Part shown: piece by piece, positions 48,527 to 59,101 of the stretch
Layout: every line of letters starts with the position of its first letter
Position numbering within the stretch: the first letter of the stretch is position 1
Assembly (NCBI GenBank): GCA_963787125.1
Contig: CAWBBV010000007.1
Span: forward strand, 320,001-384,000
Reading direction: 5' to 3'
DNA: 64,000 nt
From: an uncultured delta proteobacterium
Lineage (GTDB): Bacteria > Desulfobacterota > Desulfuromonadia > Geobacterales > DSM-12255
The notes under the pieces: generated by a model
Database searches by the model: none
What the model was told of the DNA's origin: nothing
Seen by the model: only the letters and a program-made list of their open reading frames with translations
Translations under genes and position numbers: made by a program

Positions 48527-49170
48527 TTGGAGAGCTTTAGTTTTCCGGGTTTCGGAATCTTGGCATAGTTTTTAGGGGGGACGGTTACAGTCAGAGCCAG
48601 GTTGCTGCCGTTTTCATTGCTGCGGGAAAAAATCTGGGCCCAGGCGCATTCAGCTTCGGCATCGGTTTCACAGCGGCCTTCATCCATGCCGCCGCACGGT
48701 CCGTTCAAAATGCCCTTGGGACAGGTTGTCACCGGGCAGATGCCGGCAGTCTCGGTAAGGACACATTCACCGCAGAGAGAGCACTTCTGTTCAAACTGAC
48801 CGAAGCGCTTGATGTTACCAAGAAACATGCTGTCAAGCGCGGCAACAGTTTTTTTCGGAATTGCCGCTGAGACCGACTGTATGCCGGCTCCGCACGCCAT
48901 GACCAGGAGAGCGTCAGCATCATCAACCAGCTGCTGTTTGCCGCGCAGATCCCGGCTGACGCGCAGCATGTGGCAGGCCTCATCGATAATGATCGAGCCG
49001 GTAACCGCTTTCCCTGCCGAGATCAGCGCTTCCTGCATCTGCCAGACTTCCTCCTCGCCGCCTGATTTACAGACAGTTGCGCACTTGGCGCAGCCGACAA
49101 TAAAGACGGAACGGCTATCAACAAGGGTCGTGAGCAGGGTTTCAAAAGGTTTTTGCTGGCTGATGATCAT
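48523..49170 (-). CDS. MTHFR-associated Cys-rich subunit (MetV-like)
   Basis: CAKCATVC, CSLCGEC, CPKGILNGPCGG; overlaps metF. Confidence 0.85.
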   Translation of the reverse strand: MIISQQKPFETLLTTLVDSRSVFIVGCAKCATVCKSGGEEEVWQMQEALISAGKAVTGSIIIDEACHMLRVSRDLRGKQQLVDDADALLVMACGAGIQSVSAAIPKKTVAALDSMFLGNIKRFGQFEQKCSLCGECVLTETAGICPVTTCPKGILNGPCGGMDEGRCETDAEAECAWAQIFSRSNENGSNLALTVTVPPKNYAKIPKPGKLKLSK

Positions 49171-49178
49171 GGGAAAAC

Positions 49179-49205
49179 CTGGTAACTGGTAACTGGTAAC
49201 TGTAA
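49179..49205. repeat. Heptamer tandem repeat (CTGGTAA)x3 plus CTGTAA
   Basis: Read directly from the sequence. Confidence 0.85.
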
Positions 49206-49251
49206 AACCATGGGCCTGACTTTAATCTGTTAACTGATCCCAGATCCCGAA

Positions 49252-50094
49252 TTACTGCTTTTTAGCTGATTCAACCGTGTTGTAAAGCAGCATCGTGATA
49301 GTCATTGGACCGACTCCGCCAGGAACCGGAGTAATGGCGCTTGCCCGTTCTGATGCCGCGGCATATTCCACATCGCCGACCAGCTTCTTTTCACCAACAC
49401 GGTTGACACCGACATCGATAACAACGGCGCCCTCTTTGATCCAGTCCCCTTTGATCATTTCAGGGACGCCGACAGCTGCTATGACGACATCAGCAGCGCG
49501 GACAACATCGGCAAGATTTTTGGTGCGGGAGTGGCAGACCGTCACTGTTGCGTGCTGTTGCAGACACATCATGGCCACAGGTTTGCCGACAATGTTTGAG
49601 CGGCCGACTACGACGACACTCTTGCCAGCCAGATCAAAGCCGATCTCTTTCAGCATGACCATCACTCCGTAAGGGGTGCAGGGCTGAAAAGTCGGTTTGC
49701 CAACCATGAGGCGACCGACATTGTAGGGGTGAAAACCGTCAACATCCTTGTCAGGTGAAATTGCCTCAAGTACCTTTTCAGTATTGATCTGCTTTGGCAG
49801 GGGGAGCTGAACAAGAATACCGTGAATTTTCTGATCGGCATTCAGCCTGGCAATCAGTTGGAGGAGTTCTTCTTCAGATGTTTCTACAGACAGTTTATGC
49901 TCATCGGAGAAGATGCCGACATCAGCGCAGGCTTTCTCTTTCATGCTTACGTAGACCTTGCTGGCTGGATCTTCACCAACGAGAACAACAGCAAGTCCCG
50001 GCACAACCCCTTTAGCTCCCAGTTCTGCTACTGACGCCTTGAGTTCAGCGCGAATCTTTGCAGCAATAGCCTTGCCGTCGATTATTGTAGCCAT
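49252..50094 (-). CDS. folD: Methylenetetrahydrofolate dehydrogenase/cyclohydrolase
   Basis: [28 protein letters not shown]. Confidence 0.97.
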   Translation of the reverse strand: MATIIDGKAIAAKIRAELKASVAELGAKGVVPGLAVVLVGEDPASKVYVSMKEKACADVGIFSDEHKLSVETSEEELLQLIARLNADQKIHGILVQLPLPKQINTEKVLEAISPDKDVDGFHPYNVGRLMVGKPTFQPCTPYGVMVMLKEIGFDLAGKSVVVVGRSNIVGKPVAMMCLQQHATVTVCHSRTKNLADVVRAADVVIAAVGVPEMIKGDWIKEGAVVIDVGVNRVGEKKLVGDVEYAAASERASAITPVPGGVGPMTITMLLYNTVESAKKQ

Positions 50095-50129
50095 CAATAG
50101 ACTCCTGTCATTTATAAGATTTCAGTTTT

Positions 50130-50393
50130 TTATGCCGCGGCAGAAGGGCAACCGGCACAACCACCACCAGATGCCGCAGCAGGGCAGGCGGCAGGCGCTT
50201 CGCTCGGTTTGGACCCTGAAGTGTAACTCTCATTGTACCAACCGCCACCCTTAAGGGCGAAAGCGGTAGCTGATATCATCTTGGTAACAGGTCCACCGCA
50301 AACGGGACACTCTGTTGCCGGCTCATCGGAAAATTTCTGGCGAAGCTCGAACTGGTTGTCGCAAGATCCACATTTGTATTCGTACATCGGCAT
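50130..50393 (-). CDS. FmdB-family zinc ribbon protein
   Basis: MPMYEYKC..C, CPVC, LKGGGWY. Confidence 0.9.
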   Translation of the reverse strand: MPMYEYKCGSCDNQFELRQKFSDEPATECPVCGGPVTKMISATAFALKGGGWYNESYTSGSKPSEAPAACPAAASGGGCAGCPSAAA

Positions 50394-50460
50394 TTCTAAA
50401 ACCTCACAAACTTGATTTCTGAAACAAGACTATTAATATAATGATTGCAGCATAGTTTTG

Positions 50461-50589
50461 TCAATGATTGATGGTTTGAAGGGGGCGGTACTCTCCATAC
50501 CTCTCCATACTCTCCCTGAATACCAGATCCCGCTCCCGCTCGATCTCGGCCCGCAACTCCTCTGCACTCGGCAGATAAAGCTGATACCG
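50461..50589 (-). pseudogene. C-terminal remnant of YhcG/DUF1016 (PDDEXK) gene
   Basis: Translates as RYQLYLPSAEELRAEIERERDL...stop, resembling the YhcG C-terminus; no start codon or upstream body. Confidence 0.65.
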
Positions 50590-50637
50590 ACCAGCTCAAT
50601 AAGTCAGAAGGCTTCTGACTTATTGGATAAGTTCACG

Positions 50638-51657
50638 CTATTTTTTCGAGCGAGACAAATTTGACAGCTCTCGCGCAGCCAGCTCAGAAACTTCGTCCAC
50701 CGGGCGGACATCTGAGTCAGTCAGTGTCTTGAACTTGCCGTATTCCAGCTCCGCCTTGGCCTGCGCCATTTCGTGGGAAATGCGCCCGGCGTGGGTGAGA
50801 ATGTCGCGGTCGTTGAGCGTAAGGAAGCCATCCAGCTTCTTGACCCAATCCGCCATGTGCATAGGCACACGCCGCATTGCCTGGCCTTCAGCGAAAACGA
50901 GGTACTGCTCCACAAGGTTGTTGAGCGCCGCCAGCTCCGGTTCATCAAGGTAATTTTTGGCAATGGCGACATCCTGCTTGCGAATCAGCGCGCCGCGCCA
51001 GTTCGTCAGCCCCAGGTTAGGTTTGTTGGCGTTCACCCGGTTGTGGACAATCTCTGCGGCGGTCTGTCCGGTAATAGCCCAGTGAACCTTGTTCTGAACC
51101 GTTCTGAAGAAGCCGATACTGATCTCCTGCGTGGGGTCGTAGTCGATGCTGGTGGCGTAGATATCCGTAATTTTCTGGTAGAACCGTCGCTCGGAAGTGC
51201 GGATATCCTGAATCCGGCGCGTCAGTTCCTCAAAATAGTCGAAGGGCTGGTCAGGGTTTTTCAGGCGCTCGTCATCAAGGACAAACCCTTTGACGATGTA
51301 TTCCCGCAGCTGCTGAGTAGCCCATATGCGGAACTGGGTGCCACGGAGCGATTTCACCCGATAGCCCACGGAGATAATGACATCCAGGTTGTAAAATTTG
51401 GTTGCGTAGTTTTTGCCGTCGGCGGCAGTTGTCAAGGATTCCTTGACAACTGAATCCTCCCGTAATTCTCCTTCTACAAAAATGTTCCGGATATGCAGAC
51501 TGACGTTTTGCTTGGTTGTCTGAAACAGCTCCGCCATTTGCTGCTGCGCAAGCCAGACGGTCTCGCCTTCAAAACGGACATCAATCTTCAGCTTCCCGTC
51601 CTCGGTTTGGTAAACGAGAAACTGACCTCCGGGCGGCATTGACGATTTGGCATCCAT
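50638..51657 (-). CDS. rhuM: RhuM-family protein
   Basis: YNLDVIISVGYRVKS, FRIWAT, RRIQDIRTSERRFYQK, QNKVHWAITGQTAAE. Confidence 0.9.
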   Translation of the reverse strand: MDAKSSMPPGGQFLVYQTEDGKLKIDVRFEGETVWLAQQQMAELFQTTKQNVSLHIRNIFVEGELREDSVVKESLTTAADGKNYATKFYNLDVIISVGYRVKSLRGTQFRIWATQQLREYIVKGFVLDDERLKNPDQPFDYFEELTRRIQDIRTSERRFYQKITDIYATSIDYDPTQEISIGFFRTVQNKVHWAITGQTAAEIVHNRVNANKPNLGLTNWRGALIRKQDVAIAKNYLDEPELAALNNLVEQYLVFAEGQAMRRVPMHMADWVKKLDGFLTLNDRDILTHAGRISHEMAQAKAELEYGKFKTLTDSDVRPVDEVSELAARELSNLSRSKK

Positions 51658-52042
51658 GCCATTACCTCCTATCCAGCTCACTTTAAACTTAAAGCCCGCT
51701 CAGACTACAATGCCCATAACCGGCTGTCAACGATCAAACCAGGCCGGAATTTCGAAGCCTCAGTAGGTTCTTGCTATATGGGACATGATTGAGAAAATTA
51801 TAGTCCCCGCTGGCTTCATGATTAAAATATGCGAAATTCCGGCATGCCGGAATCCGGTGTAACTTAGCGATATTATTGAAACTCACTAGCAAATTTTTCG
51901 GTAAAGCATGGCGGTTTTTCTCAAGAAGGCCACTAAATTCCTCATACCGTTAACAGTCCCATCTTATGGTAAGCCACGTCGCGCAACTTTACATATCAAA
52001 AATATCATCTCCATTCACTCCATTATATGAAAAATTAACGTC

Positions 52043-52072
52043 TTGACATGCACCTTATATGCTGTATAAACT
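52043..52072 (+). promoter_or_regulatory. Putative promoter of the second hicAB
   Basis: TTGACA followed by TATAAACT, immediately upstream of ATG 52079. Confidence 0.55.
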
Positions 52073-52078
52073 TTCTTC

Positions 52079-52264
52079 ATGACCGGCAAGCAACTTAAGA
52101 AAATTCTGGAAGAGAATGGCTGGTTGCTTGATCGCATCTCCGGCAGCCATCACATCATGATCCGCGAAGGTTGCCGCTCAATACCAGTCCCGATTCACGG
52201 TTCAACCGACCTGCCCAAGGGGCTTGTTCATGGCATCCTGAAACAGGCAGGGATCAAGGAGTAA
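52079..52264 (+). CDS. hicA: HicA-family toxin
   Basis: SGSHHIM, VPIHG..DLPKG...ILKQAG. Confidence 0.9.
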   Translation: MTGKQLKKILEENGWLLDRISGSHHIMIREGCRSIPVPIHGSTDLPKGLVHGILKQAGIKE

Positions 52265-52269
52265 TAATC

Positions 52270-52686
52270 ATGTTGGCATATGCGGCACAGATAGAAAAAC
52301 AGGATGACAGTTACCTGGTAACCTTTCCGGACCTTGAAAACGTCGTTACCTATGGTGGCACAATTGAAGAGGCTCTCCAGAATGCTGAAGAGGCTCTGAA
52401 CGGCTGTATAGAATCTGATTTTGAAAGAGGGTTTGCTATTTCGTCACCGTCAACCGTTTCGGGTAAGAATATATTCAACATCCCGGTTGCTCCTCATATC
52501 GCAGTAGCAATAATGCTGCGCTCACTGCGTGCCGACAGACCACAAACAGAAGTGGCGCGGCAACTTAACATCTCTTATCAAGTCTATCAAAGGCTTGAAA
52601 ATCCTCGTAAAGCCAACCCCACCATCAAAACCCTGGAGAAAATCGCCCGAGTGTTCGGAAAACGGATCGAATTTGGGTTCGTGTAG
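52270..52686 (+). CDS. hicB: HicB-family antitoxin (HTH-Xre C-terminus)
   Basis: VTFPDL...TYG.TIEEA..NAEEAL; QTEVARQL...YQRLE...NPTIKTL. Confidence 0.9.
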   Translation: MLAYAAQIEKQDDSYLVTFPDLENVVTYGGTIEEALQNAEEALNGCIESDFERGFAISSPSTVSGKNIFNIPVAPHIAVAIMLRSLRADRPQTEVARQLNISYQVYQRLENPRKANPTIKTLEKIARVFGKRIEFGFV

Positions 52687-52742
52687 ATGATTGTTTGCAG
52701 AGTCGTTGGAAGAGCTGCAATCCCGGAGCACAAACAGCTTTG

Positions 52743-53069
52743 TCAATGATTTGCAGGAACGGGCAGTGCCGAAATAAAATCATGGGCACTTTTCAGGGTT
52801 ATCCCGGAGAGATGCAATCTTTTGTGGCGTGATTTTTGGCCGGAAATGATGGTGACAGCAGATTTGGGGAGCTTGAACAGTTTGGCGAAGAATTCTGCGC
52901 AGAGCCGGTTGGCGGCATCGTCTACAGGGGGGGATGTGACGCGGACTTTCAGCTCATCACCTTGAAAGCCGCAGATCTCTGTTTTGGATGCTCTGGGCTG
53001 GAGATGAATCTTTATGACTACTCCGTCTGGAGCCGCACTGACTGCCCCTTCAGGGATTTCAAGACTCAT
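52743..53069 (-). CDS. DUF167 (YggU) family protein
   Basis: QPRASK, KVRVTSPPVDDAAN, SGQKSRHK. Confidence 0.9.
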   Translation of the reverse strand: MSLEIPEGAVSAAPDGVVIKIHLQPRASKTEICGFQGDELKVRVTSPPVDDAANRLCAEFFAKLFKLPKSAVTIISGQKSRHKRLHLSGITLKSAHDFISALPVPANH

Positions 53070-53512
53070 TCTTCAAGTGTCAGCATTTTCAGGTGACCTT
53101 CAAGCAACGATTTGAGGTTTACTTCAAATTGTAATTTCTGACGCCTTACTTCATGGATCTGATTGTTCAGCTGTACCAGTCGATTTTCAGCATCAGCAAC
53201 GATTTGTTCCCCTTTGAGCTCTGCTTCCGAGACCAGAAGATTTGCTTCTCGCTGGGCGTTTGCTTTCATCTCCTCGGTAATTTTCTGAGCTGCAAGAATT
53301 GTGTCCCGCAGAGTAACTTCACGCTGAGAATATTCCTCAATCTGCAAGGAATTCTTTCTGGCCTGATCTTTAAGCTCAGAGTTCTCCCGTATCAAGGATT
53401 CCATCTCAGAGGAAACCATCTGGAGAAAGGCGTCGACATCGCTGGGGTCAAGTCCCCCGAGCATTTTACCTTTGAACTGCTGCTGTTGAATGTCAAGAGG
53501 AGTTATGTTCAT
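53066..53512 (-). CDS. divIVA: DivIVA domain protein
   Basis: ITPLDIQQQQF...DVDAFL followed by coiled coil. Confidence 0.9.
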   Translation of the reverse strand: MNITPLDIQQQQFKGKMLGGLDPSDVDAFLQMVSSEMESLIRENSELKDQARKNSLQIEEYSQREVTLRDTILAAQKITEEMKANAQREANLLVSEAELKGEQIVADAENRLVQLNNQIHEVRRQKLQFEVNLKSLLEGHLKMLTLEE

Positions 53513-53820
53513 CAGATACCCCCGGTTTTGAGTCTATAACCTATCTCTACAACTGAAGTTACTACGAAACTTTTCAGAAAGTAAATTGCCAGTATTACTG
53601 CCATCGGGGAGAGGTCAATGCCCCCCATGTAGGGCATTTTGCTGCGGATCCGCTCCAAAACCGGGTCTGTAGCTTTATGGAGAAATCTGACTATCGGATT
53701 GTAAGGGTCAGGATTTACCCAGGAGATGATGGCACTGCCGATAATCATGTACATGTAAAGTGTCAGAAGCATGTCGCTGATTTTAGCGATTGAGATGAGC
53801 AGGTTGCCTATAATGAACAT
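53512..53820 (-). CDS. yggT: YggT family membrane protein
   Basis: SWVNPDPYNPIV, GGIDLSP. Confidence 0.92.
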   Translation of the reverse strand: MFIIGNLLISIAKISDMLLTLYMYMIIGSAIISWVNPDPYNPIVRFLHKATDPVLERIRSKMPYMGGIDLSPMAVILAIYFLKSFVVTSVVEIGYRLKTGGI

Positions 53821-53948
53821 CAAAAACCTCTTTTAAACTATTGATGATCCTATATACAGCAGCCGCATGCCGGAGTCAAGCAAGGTAGGGCGGTAAGCGA
53901 CAAGTCCCCCGAGGTTCGAATCTCCCAGGAGAGCCGTGACGGAAACTT

Positions 53949-54650
53949 TTACAGGCGAGTAAGGTAGCCTGCCATATTTGCAGCCATTGAATCTGCGCTG
54001 TTTCTGTCATTATTGAAAAGCAGATGGTAGTAATGGATGTCATTAACATCTTTGTCGAGAAAATCCCGAACGAATTTTTCCCGTGCCTTTTGGCGGGTTT
54101 CTATCATCAGCAGAGCTTCCGCAGGACTGACCTTTGCTCTCTGGGCAATCGAGCTCACCTTGAACTCCTGTGAACCGAAAATCCTGAAATGGTGGCAGTT
54201 TTTCATGGATTGGGTAACAATTGCTCCCCCTATGCCGACAATGATTGCATTGCCCCCGGAGGCGATAGCAACGATCTTCTGGGCAAGCAGCTGGAAATGA
54301 TCCCGCTCATTCTTCCATTTCGTCGATAGTGAGGAGAGCATGTCGTCCAGCCAGCGGGGCCGGCTGCCAAGATTATGGAGAATGTCTGCATCGAGATCAT
54401 GGCGACGGGCGATTTCGTCAATCAGGGTTCTGTCTACGAGTGCCCAGGGTTCGCCACTCTGCTCTTCGAGGATTTTTTTTAGCTTCTCGCCGGTTGGATA
54501 AGCTTCGCAGCCAAACTCTCTCGAGATGGTGACAGTTAATTTATCGATATTATTGCCGGCCATCTCCCCGGCTATTTTTGCCCGCCGGCTCACCTCTAAC
54601 AGTACGCCGAGTCTATTTTCTATTGACGGCACTAGAAATTTGTCTGTCAT
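53949..54650 (-). CDS. Cytidylate kinase-like family protein
   Basis: TVTISREFGC, GNAIIVG, YHLLFN. Confidence 0.8.
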   Translation of the reverse strand: MTDKFLVPSIENRLGVLLEVSRRAKIAGEMAGNNIDKLTVTISREFGCEAYPTGEKLKKILEEQSGEPWALVDRTLIDEIARRHDLDADILHNLGSRPRWLDDMLSSLSTKWKNERDHFQLLAQKIVAIASGGNAIIVGIGGAIVTQSMKNCHHFRIFGSQEFKVSSIAQRAKVSPAEALLMIETRQKAREKFVRDFLDKDVNDIHYYHLLFNNDRNSADSMAANMAGYLTRL

Positions 54651-54804
54651 TAAAGCCCCCTTCCAATCATTCATCCTGTAGTTGCAATTATGCCTGTCGA
54701 TTTGATCGAGTCAAGCGGTGGGCGAGCATTTTTAAATACCGTTATGATTGCCTTTGAGGCTTAAAAAGGTATAATTCCAAACATTAGTGCGAAGGGAGGC
54801 CTCA

Positions 54805-55185
54805 TTGATTCTCGGTACCGGTATTGATATCGCGGAGATAGCCCGTTTTGAACGTTTTGTGAAAGAGGATAATCAGCCGCTTTTCAGAAGGCTTTTTACT
54901 CAGTTAGAGCTTGATTACTGTTTTGCAAAGAGGTTTGCAGCCCATTCTCTGGCGCTGCGTTTTGCTGCCAAGGAGGCATTCCTGAAAGCCCTTGGCACCG
55001 GGCTACGTGACGGTATAAGCTGGCTCGACATTGAAGTCAGCAATGATGATCTCGGTAAACCTCACCTGGGTGTGTCGGGCAAGGCTGCTGAACAACTGGC
55101 AAAAACAGGCGCGGAAAAGAGCCATCTCTCTCTTTCGGATGATGGCGGTTTTGCCATAGCCATGGTGATATTGGAGGGGAGATGA
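54805..55185 (+). CDS. acpS: Holo-ACP synthase
   Basis: GTGIDIAEI, RFAAKEAFLKALGTG; TTG start after GGAGG. Confidence 0.95.
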   Translation: MILGTGIDIAEIARFERFVKEDNQPLFRRLFTQLELDYCFAKRFAAHSLALRFAAKEAFLKALGTGLRDGISWLDIEVSNDDLGKPHLGVSGKAAEQLAKTGAEKSHLSLSDDGGFAIAMVILEGR

Positions 55186-56753
55186 AAGCGGTTACTGCGA
55201 GAGTTATGCAGGCGCTTGATCGCCAGACAATCAATGACTACGGCATCTCCGGCTTTGAGCTGATGGCGCGGGCCGGCGCTAACGTCGCAGCGATCATCAT
55301 GGCTCGCTATTCATCTTCAGGAAGTCGTTCTGTGCTGATTCTTGCAGGCAAGGGCAACAATGGTGGCGACGGCTTTGTTGTCGCGCGGCGGTTGGCAGAA
55401 GCCGGCTGGCAGGTGACTCTGCTGCTGTTTGCCGAACCTGAATCTCTCTGCGGGGATGCAAAGGCCCATTACGATCTGATCCATTCTGCTGTAGACCAGC
55501 GGCACTTTCACAAGCTCACACATGCTGAAGTGAGCAGCTTGCTCCTGGACTCGGTTGTTGTCGTTGATGCTCTTTTTGGAACCGGCCTGAAGAGCGGACT
55601 CACAGGTAGCTATGCCGAAGCGGCAAGGCTTGTCAACGCCGGCGGCAGGCCGGTTGTCGCGGTTGATATAGCTTCCGGGGTTGATGCAACTTCCGGAGAA
55701 GTTCCTGGCGAAGCGCTGAGAGCAGAGATAACGGTAACTTTTGGCGCGGCAAAGATAGGGCATTTTCTTTACCCAGGGGCAGAGTCCCTCGGCGAGTTAA
55801 TTGTGACAGATATAGGTATCCCTTCTGACCTGTTGGCCAAAGTCCCGTTTGTCGAAATTATTGACGAAAAATATGCTGCAGGACTTGTAAAATTACGTAA
55901 TAGAACTGCTCACAAGGGGAGCTGTGGTCATTGCCTCATCGTTGCCGGTTCCCGAGGCAAGAGCGGCGCTGCCGCAATGACCGCAAACAGTGCCATGCGC
56001 AGCGGCGCAGGCCTGGTGACACTGGCAGCCCCTTGCGGAATACACTCTGTCCTGGAGATGAAAACGACTGAAGTGATGACGGTGCCGCTGTCTGAGAGCC
56101 CTGGCGGCACTCTGGCGTTTGATTCTCTGGCTGAGATAACAAGGCTCTTTGCGGGCAAGAATGCTGCTGCCATAGGTCCGGGGCTTGGTCTTGACGAAGA
56201 GACTGTGGCGGTTGTAAGGAATGTGCTCGCTTTTGTCAAAATTCCGCTTGTTCTTGATGCTGATGCGCTCAATGCTGTGGCAGAAGATATCTCTTGCCTG
56301 CAAGTTTCTTCATCACCTGCGCTCGTGTTGACTCCGCACCCCGGTGAGATGGCAAGGCTTGCTTCTGCGGATATTGCAGAGATTGAGTCGGACCGGCTTG
56401 AGGCTGCAAGGAGTTTTGCCACTGATAACGGTTGTTATCTTGTTCTGAAAGGGGCGAGGACAGCGATTGCTGCTCCGGACGGGAGGCTGGCGATCAATTT
56501 AAGCGGTAATCCCGGTATGGCATCAGGCGGAATGGGGGATGTCCTGTCAGGAGTTATTACAGCGCTCCTGGGACAAGGGTACGAGCCTTTTGCTGCCTGC
56601 TGTCTCGGTGTATTCTGTCACGGCCTTTCCGGGGATATGGTGGCGGCTGAAAAAGGTGAAGTCGGCCTGATTGCTACTGATGTTCAGGCGATGTTGCCGT
56701 ATGCGATTAAAAAACTGGCGGAAAATCAGACACGTTGCTTGGATTGCCGCTAA
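55182..56753 (+). CDS. nnr: NAD(P)HX epimerase/dehydratase (YjeF)
   Basis: GKGNNGGDG, AHKG, LDADAL, TPHPGEM, GGMGDVL. Confidence 0.93.
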   Translation: MKAVTARVMQALDRQTINDYGISGFELMARAGANVAAIIMARYSSSGSRSVLILAGKGNNGGDGFVVARRLAEAGWQVTLLLFAEPESLCGDAKAHYDLIHSAVDQRHFHKLTHAEVSSLLLDSVVVVDALFGTGLKSGLTGSYAEAARLVNAGGRPVVAVDIASGVDATSGEVPGEALRAEITVTFGAAKIGHFLYPGAESLGELIVTDIGIPSDLLAKVPFVEIIDEKYAAGLVKLRNRTAHKGSCGHCLIVAGSRGKSGAAAMTANSAMRSGAGLVTLAAPCGIHSVLEMKTTEVMTVPLSESPGGTLAFDSLAEITRLFAGKNAAAIGPGLGLDEETVAVVRNVLAFVKIPLVLDADALNAVAEDISCLQVSSSPALVLTPHPGEMARLASADIAEIESDRLEAARSFATDNGCYLVLKGARTAIAAPDGRLAINLSGNPGMASGGMGDVLSGVITALLGQGYEPFAACCLGVFCHGLSGDMVAAEKGEVGLIATDVQAMLPYAIKKLAENQTRCLDCR

Positions 56754-56799
56754 TCAGGACCCTCTCAAGCGCTCAACATGATTCACACATGGAGGTATT

Positions 56800-57249
56800 A
56801 TGCTTAAAGTTAAGGATATTATGACGAAGGATGTTGTTACCGTTACCAAAGAGACTACCGTGATGGAGCTGGCGAAAATCTTTGCAGAGCGGCACTTAAG
56901 CTCTCTGCCAGTGCTGGATCAGGGCGGCGAGTTGATCGGGATGGTTACCGAAACAGATCTGGTTGAGCAGGATAAAAATCTCCATATCCCGACAGTCATT
57001 TCTATTTTTGATTGGGTAATCTATCTGGAGAGCGACAAAAAGTTTGAGAAAGAGCTTAAAAAAATGACCGGCAGAAGTGTCGGCGATATCTACTCGGCTG
57101 ATATTGTGACTGTTTCCCCTGAAACGGCTATTTCTGATGTGGCTGATCTGCTTAGTAGCAGAAAAATTACAGCTCTGCCGGTTGTTGAAGGGACGAAGCT
57201 TGTCGGCATGATCTCAAGAATCGATCTTATCAGGTCGATGGCCGGATAA
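56800..57249 (+). CDS. CBS domain protein
   Basis: Two CBS repeats. Confidence 0.9.
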   Translation: MLKVKDIMTKDVVTVTKETTVMELAKIFAERHLSSLPVLDQGGELIGMVTETDLVEQDKNLHIPTVISIFDWVIYLESDKKFEKELKKMTGRSVGDIYSADIVTVSPETAISDVADLLSSRKITALPVVEGTKLVGMISRIDLIRSMAG

Positions 57250-57252
57250 ACG

Positions 57253-57714
57253 ATGCAGTTCCTTTCCGATTCACCCGAAATTACTGAGAGGTTTGCCGCC
57301 AGAGTCGGGGCGCTGCTTTTACCGGGTGACTTCATATCTCTTTGTGGTGAACTCGGTGCCGGCAAGACCAGATTCGCCAGCGGTATAGCATCCGGGCTTG
57401 GTGTCGACCCGAACACCCTTGTTACCAGCCCTACCTATACGTTGCTGAATATTTATCAAGGGCGGCTGCCCCTTTATCATTTCGATCTTTATCGGCTCGG
57501 GGGTGATGACGATGTTGCAGAACTCGGCTTTACTGAATATTTTTCCGCTAACGGAATCTGTCTCGTAGAGTGGTCAGAGCGGCTCAACAGGGAACTTCCC
57601 CGTGACAGGCTTGAGATTCATTTAACTTATGCAGGCGAGTTTAGCCGGAGTATAGAGTTGCTGGCCAATTCGCCAAGATACGAAAGTTTAATCAAACAGC
57701 TCTTCGTGAATTGA
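57253..57714 (+). CDS. tsaE: tRNA t6A biosynthesis ATPase TsaE
   Basis: GELGAGKT, TSPTYTL, HFDLYRL, VEWSE. Confidence 0.95.
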   Translation: MQFLSDSPEITERFAARVGALLLPGDFISLCGELGAGKTRFASGIASGLGVDPNTLVTSPTYTLLNIYQGRLPLYHFDLYRLGGDDDVAELGFTEYFSANGICLVEWSERLNRELPRDRLEIHLTYAGEFSRSIELLANSPRYESLIKQLFVN

Positions 57715-57850
57715 TAAAAAAGATTAAAATTGTAGAATTCTTTTGACCCGCTGCTTGTTTCTTGATAAAAATTCCACTTCCACATAAGCTGCCATCGACA
57801 CAGCTTTGGTGGCGATTTAAAGTAACTAACTTTCAGGGAGGGTCAGACTA

Positions 57851-59068
57851 ATGGCTCTGGTTGTTCAGAAGTATGGCGGCACCTCAATGGGGACCATTGA
57901 ACGGATCAAGAATGTTGCCCAAAGGGTTGCCAAGGGTTTTGACGAAGGGAACGAAATGATCGTTGTCGTTTCGGCTATGTCCGGCGAAACCAACAAGCTT
58001 GTTGCTCTTGGGAATGATACCTGTGAATTCCCGGATCTTCGCGAATATGATGTTCTTGTTGCCGCCGGCGAGCAGGTGTCTATTGCTTTATTGTCAATGA
58101 CACTTATCGGTATGGGCTACAAGGCCAAATCATATCACGGCTGGCAGGTTCCAATCATTACTGACAGCGTCAGCAGTAAGGCGAGAATCGAAGAGATTCC
58201 TGATACAAATGTCAGGGCCGATCTCAAGAACGGCATCATTGTTATTGTGGCCGGTTTCCAGGGGATAGACCGTCAGGGGAATGTAACCACCCTCGGTCGC
58301 GGTGGTTCCGATACCTCGGCAGTTGCCATGGCTGCTGCTCTCAAGGCGGATGTCTGCGAAATATATACAGATGTTGACGGTATTTACACAACCGATCCGA
58401 ATATCTGTGCTGATGCCCGCAAGGTCGAAAAAGTCTCCTATGATGAGATGCTGGAGCTTGCCAGTCTTGGCGCCAAGGTTCTGCAGATCCGTTCGGTGGA
58501 GTTTGCCAAGAAGTACAATGTGGATATTCATGTCCGCTCAAGTTTCAATGATAATCAAGGGACTATGGTCACCAAGGAGGATAAGGAGATGGAAGCTGTT
58601 CTCGTTTCAGGAATCGCTTATGATAAGAATGAGGCAAAAATTGCGGTCATGAATGTGCCCGATAAACCTGGAATTGCTGCAAAGCTGCTAACACCGCTGT
58701 CAGATGCTAATATATCCGTTGATATGATAGTTCAGAATGTCAGTATGGACGGTTTCACAGACTTCACCTTCACCGTTACCAAGGCAGATTTCAAGAAGGC
58801 TTTGCAGATAACCGGCGAGGCCGCAAAGGGAGTTGATGCAAAGGATGTAATTTCTGACGAGAATGTCAGCAAAATTTCGGTCGTTGGCGTTGGGATGCGT
58901 AGCCATGCCGGTGTTGCCACCAAGATGTTTCAGGCTCTGGCCGGCGAGGGGATTAATATCCAGATGATCTCAACTTCGGAAATCAAGGTTTCTGTTATTA
59001 TTGATTCTAAATACACAGAGCTTGCTGTTCGCGTTCTGCATGATTCCTTTGGAATGTCAGGTAAATAA
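57851..59068 (+). CDS. lysC: Aspartate kinase
   Basis: [20 protein letters not shown], two ACT domains. Confidence 0.96.
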   Translation: MALVVQKYGGTSMGTIERIKNVAQRVAKGFDEGNEMIVVVSAMSGETNKLVALGNDTCEFPDLREYDVLVAAGEQVSIALLSMTLIGMGYKAKSYHGWQVPIITDSVSSKARIEEIPDTNVRADLKNGIIVIVAGFQGIDRQGNVTTLGRGGSDTSAVAMAAALKADVCEIYTDVDGIYTTDPNICADARKVEKVSYDEMLELASLGAKVLQIRSVEFAKKYNVDIHVRSSFNDNQGTMVTKEDKEMEAVLVSGIAYDKNEAKIAVMNVPDKPGIAAKLLTPLSDANISVDMIVQNVSMDGFTDFTFTVTKADFKKALQITGEAAKGVDAKDVISDENVSKISVVGVGMRSHAGVATKMFQALAGEGINIQMISTSEIKVSVIIDSKYTELAVRVLHDSFGMSGK

Positions 59069-59101
59069 TTTCATTTTCCTTATTGGATATTTTTGAAGTT
59101 C

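Noticed and set aside
51735..51950. Stop-free minus-strand frame upstream of rhuM
   Set aside because: No convincing start or RBS and no recognisable similarity
53885..53935. tRNA-like GGTTCGAATC T-loop motif
   Set aside because: No proper 5-bp T-stem, anticodon arm or acceptor stem could be formed
57715..57850. Lysine riboswitch upstream of lysC
   Set aside because: The intergenic region is too short and lacks recognisable L-box motifs; only a small hairpin is present
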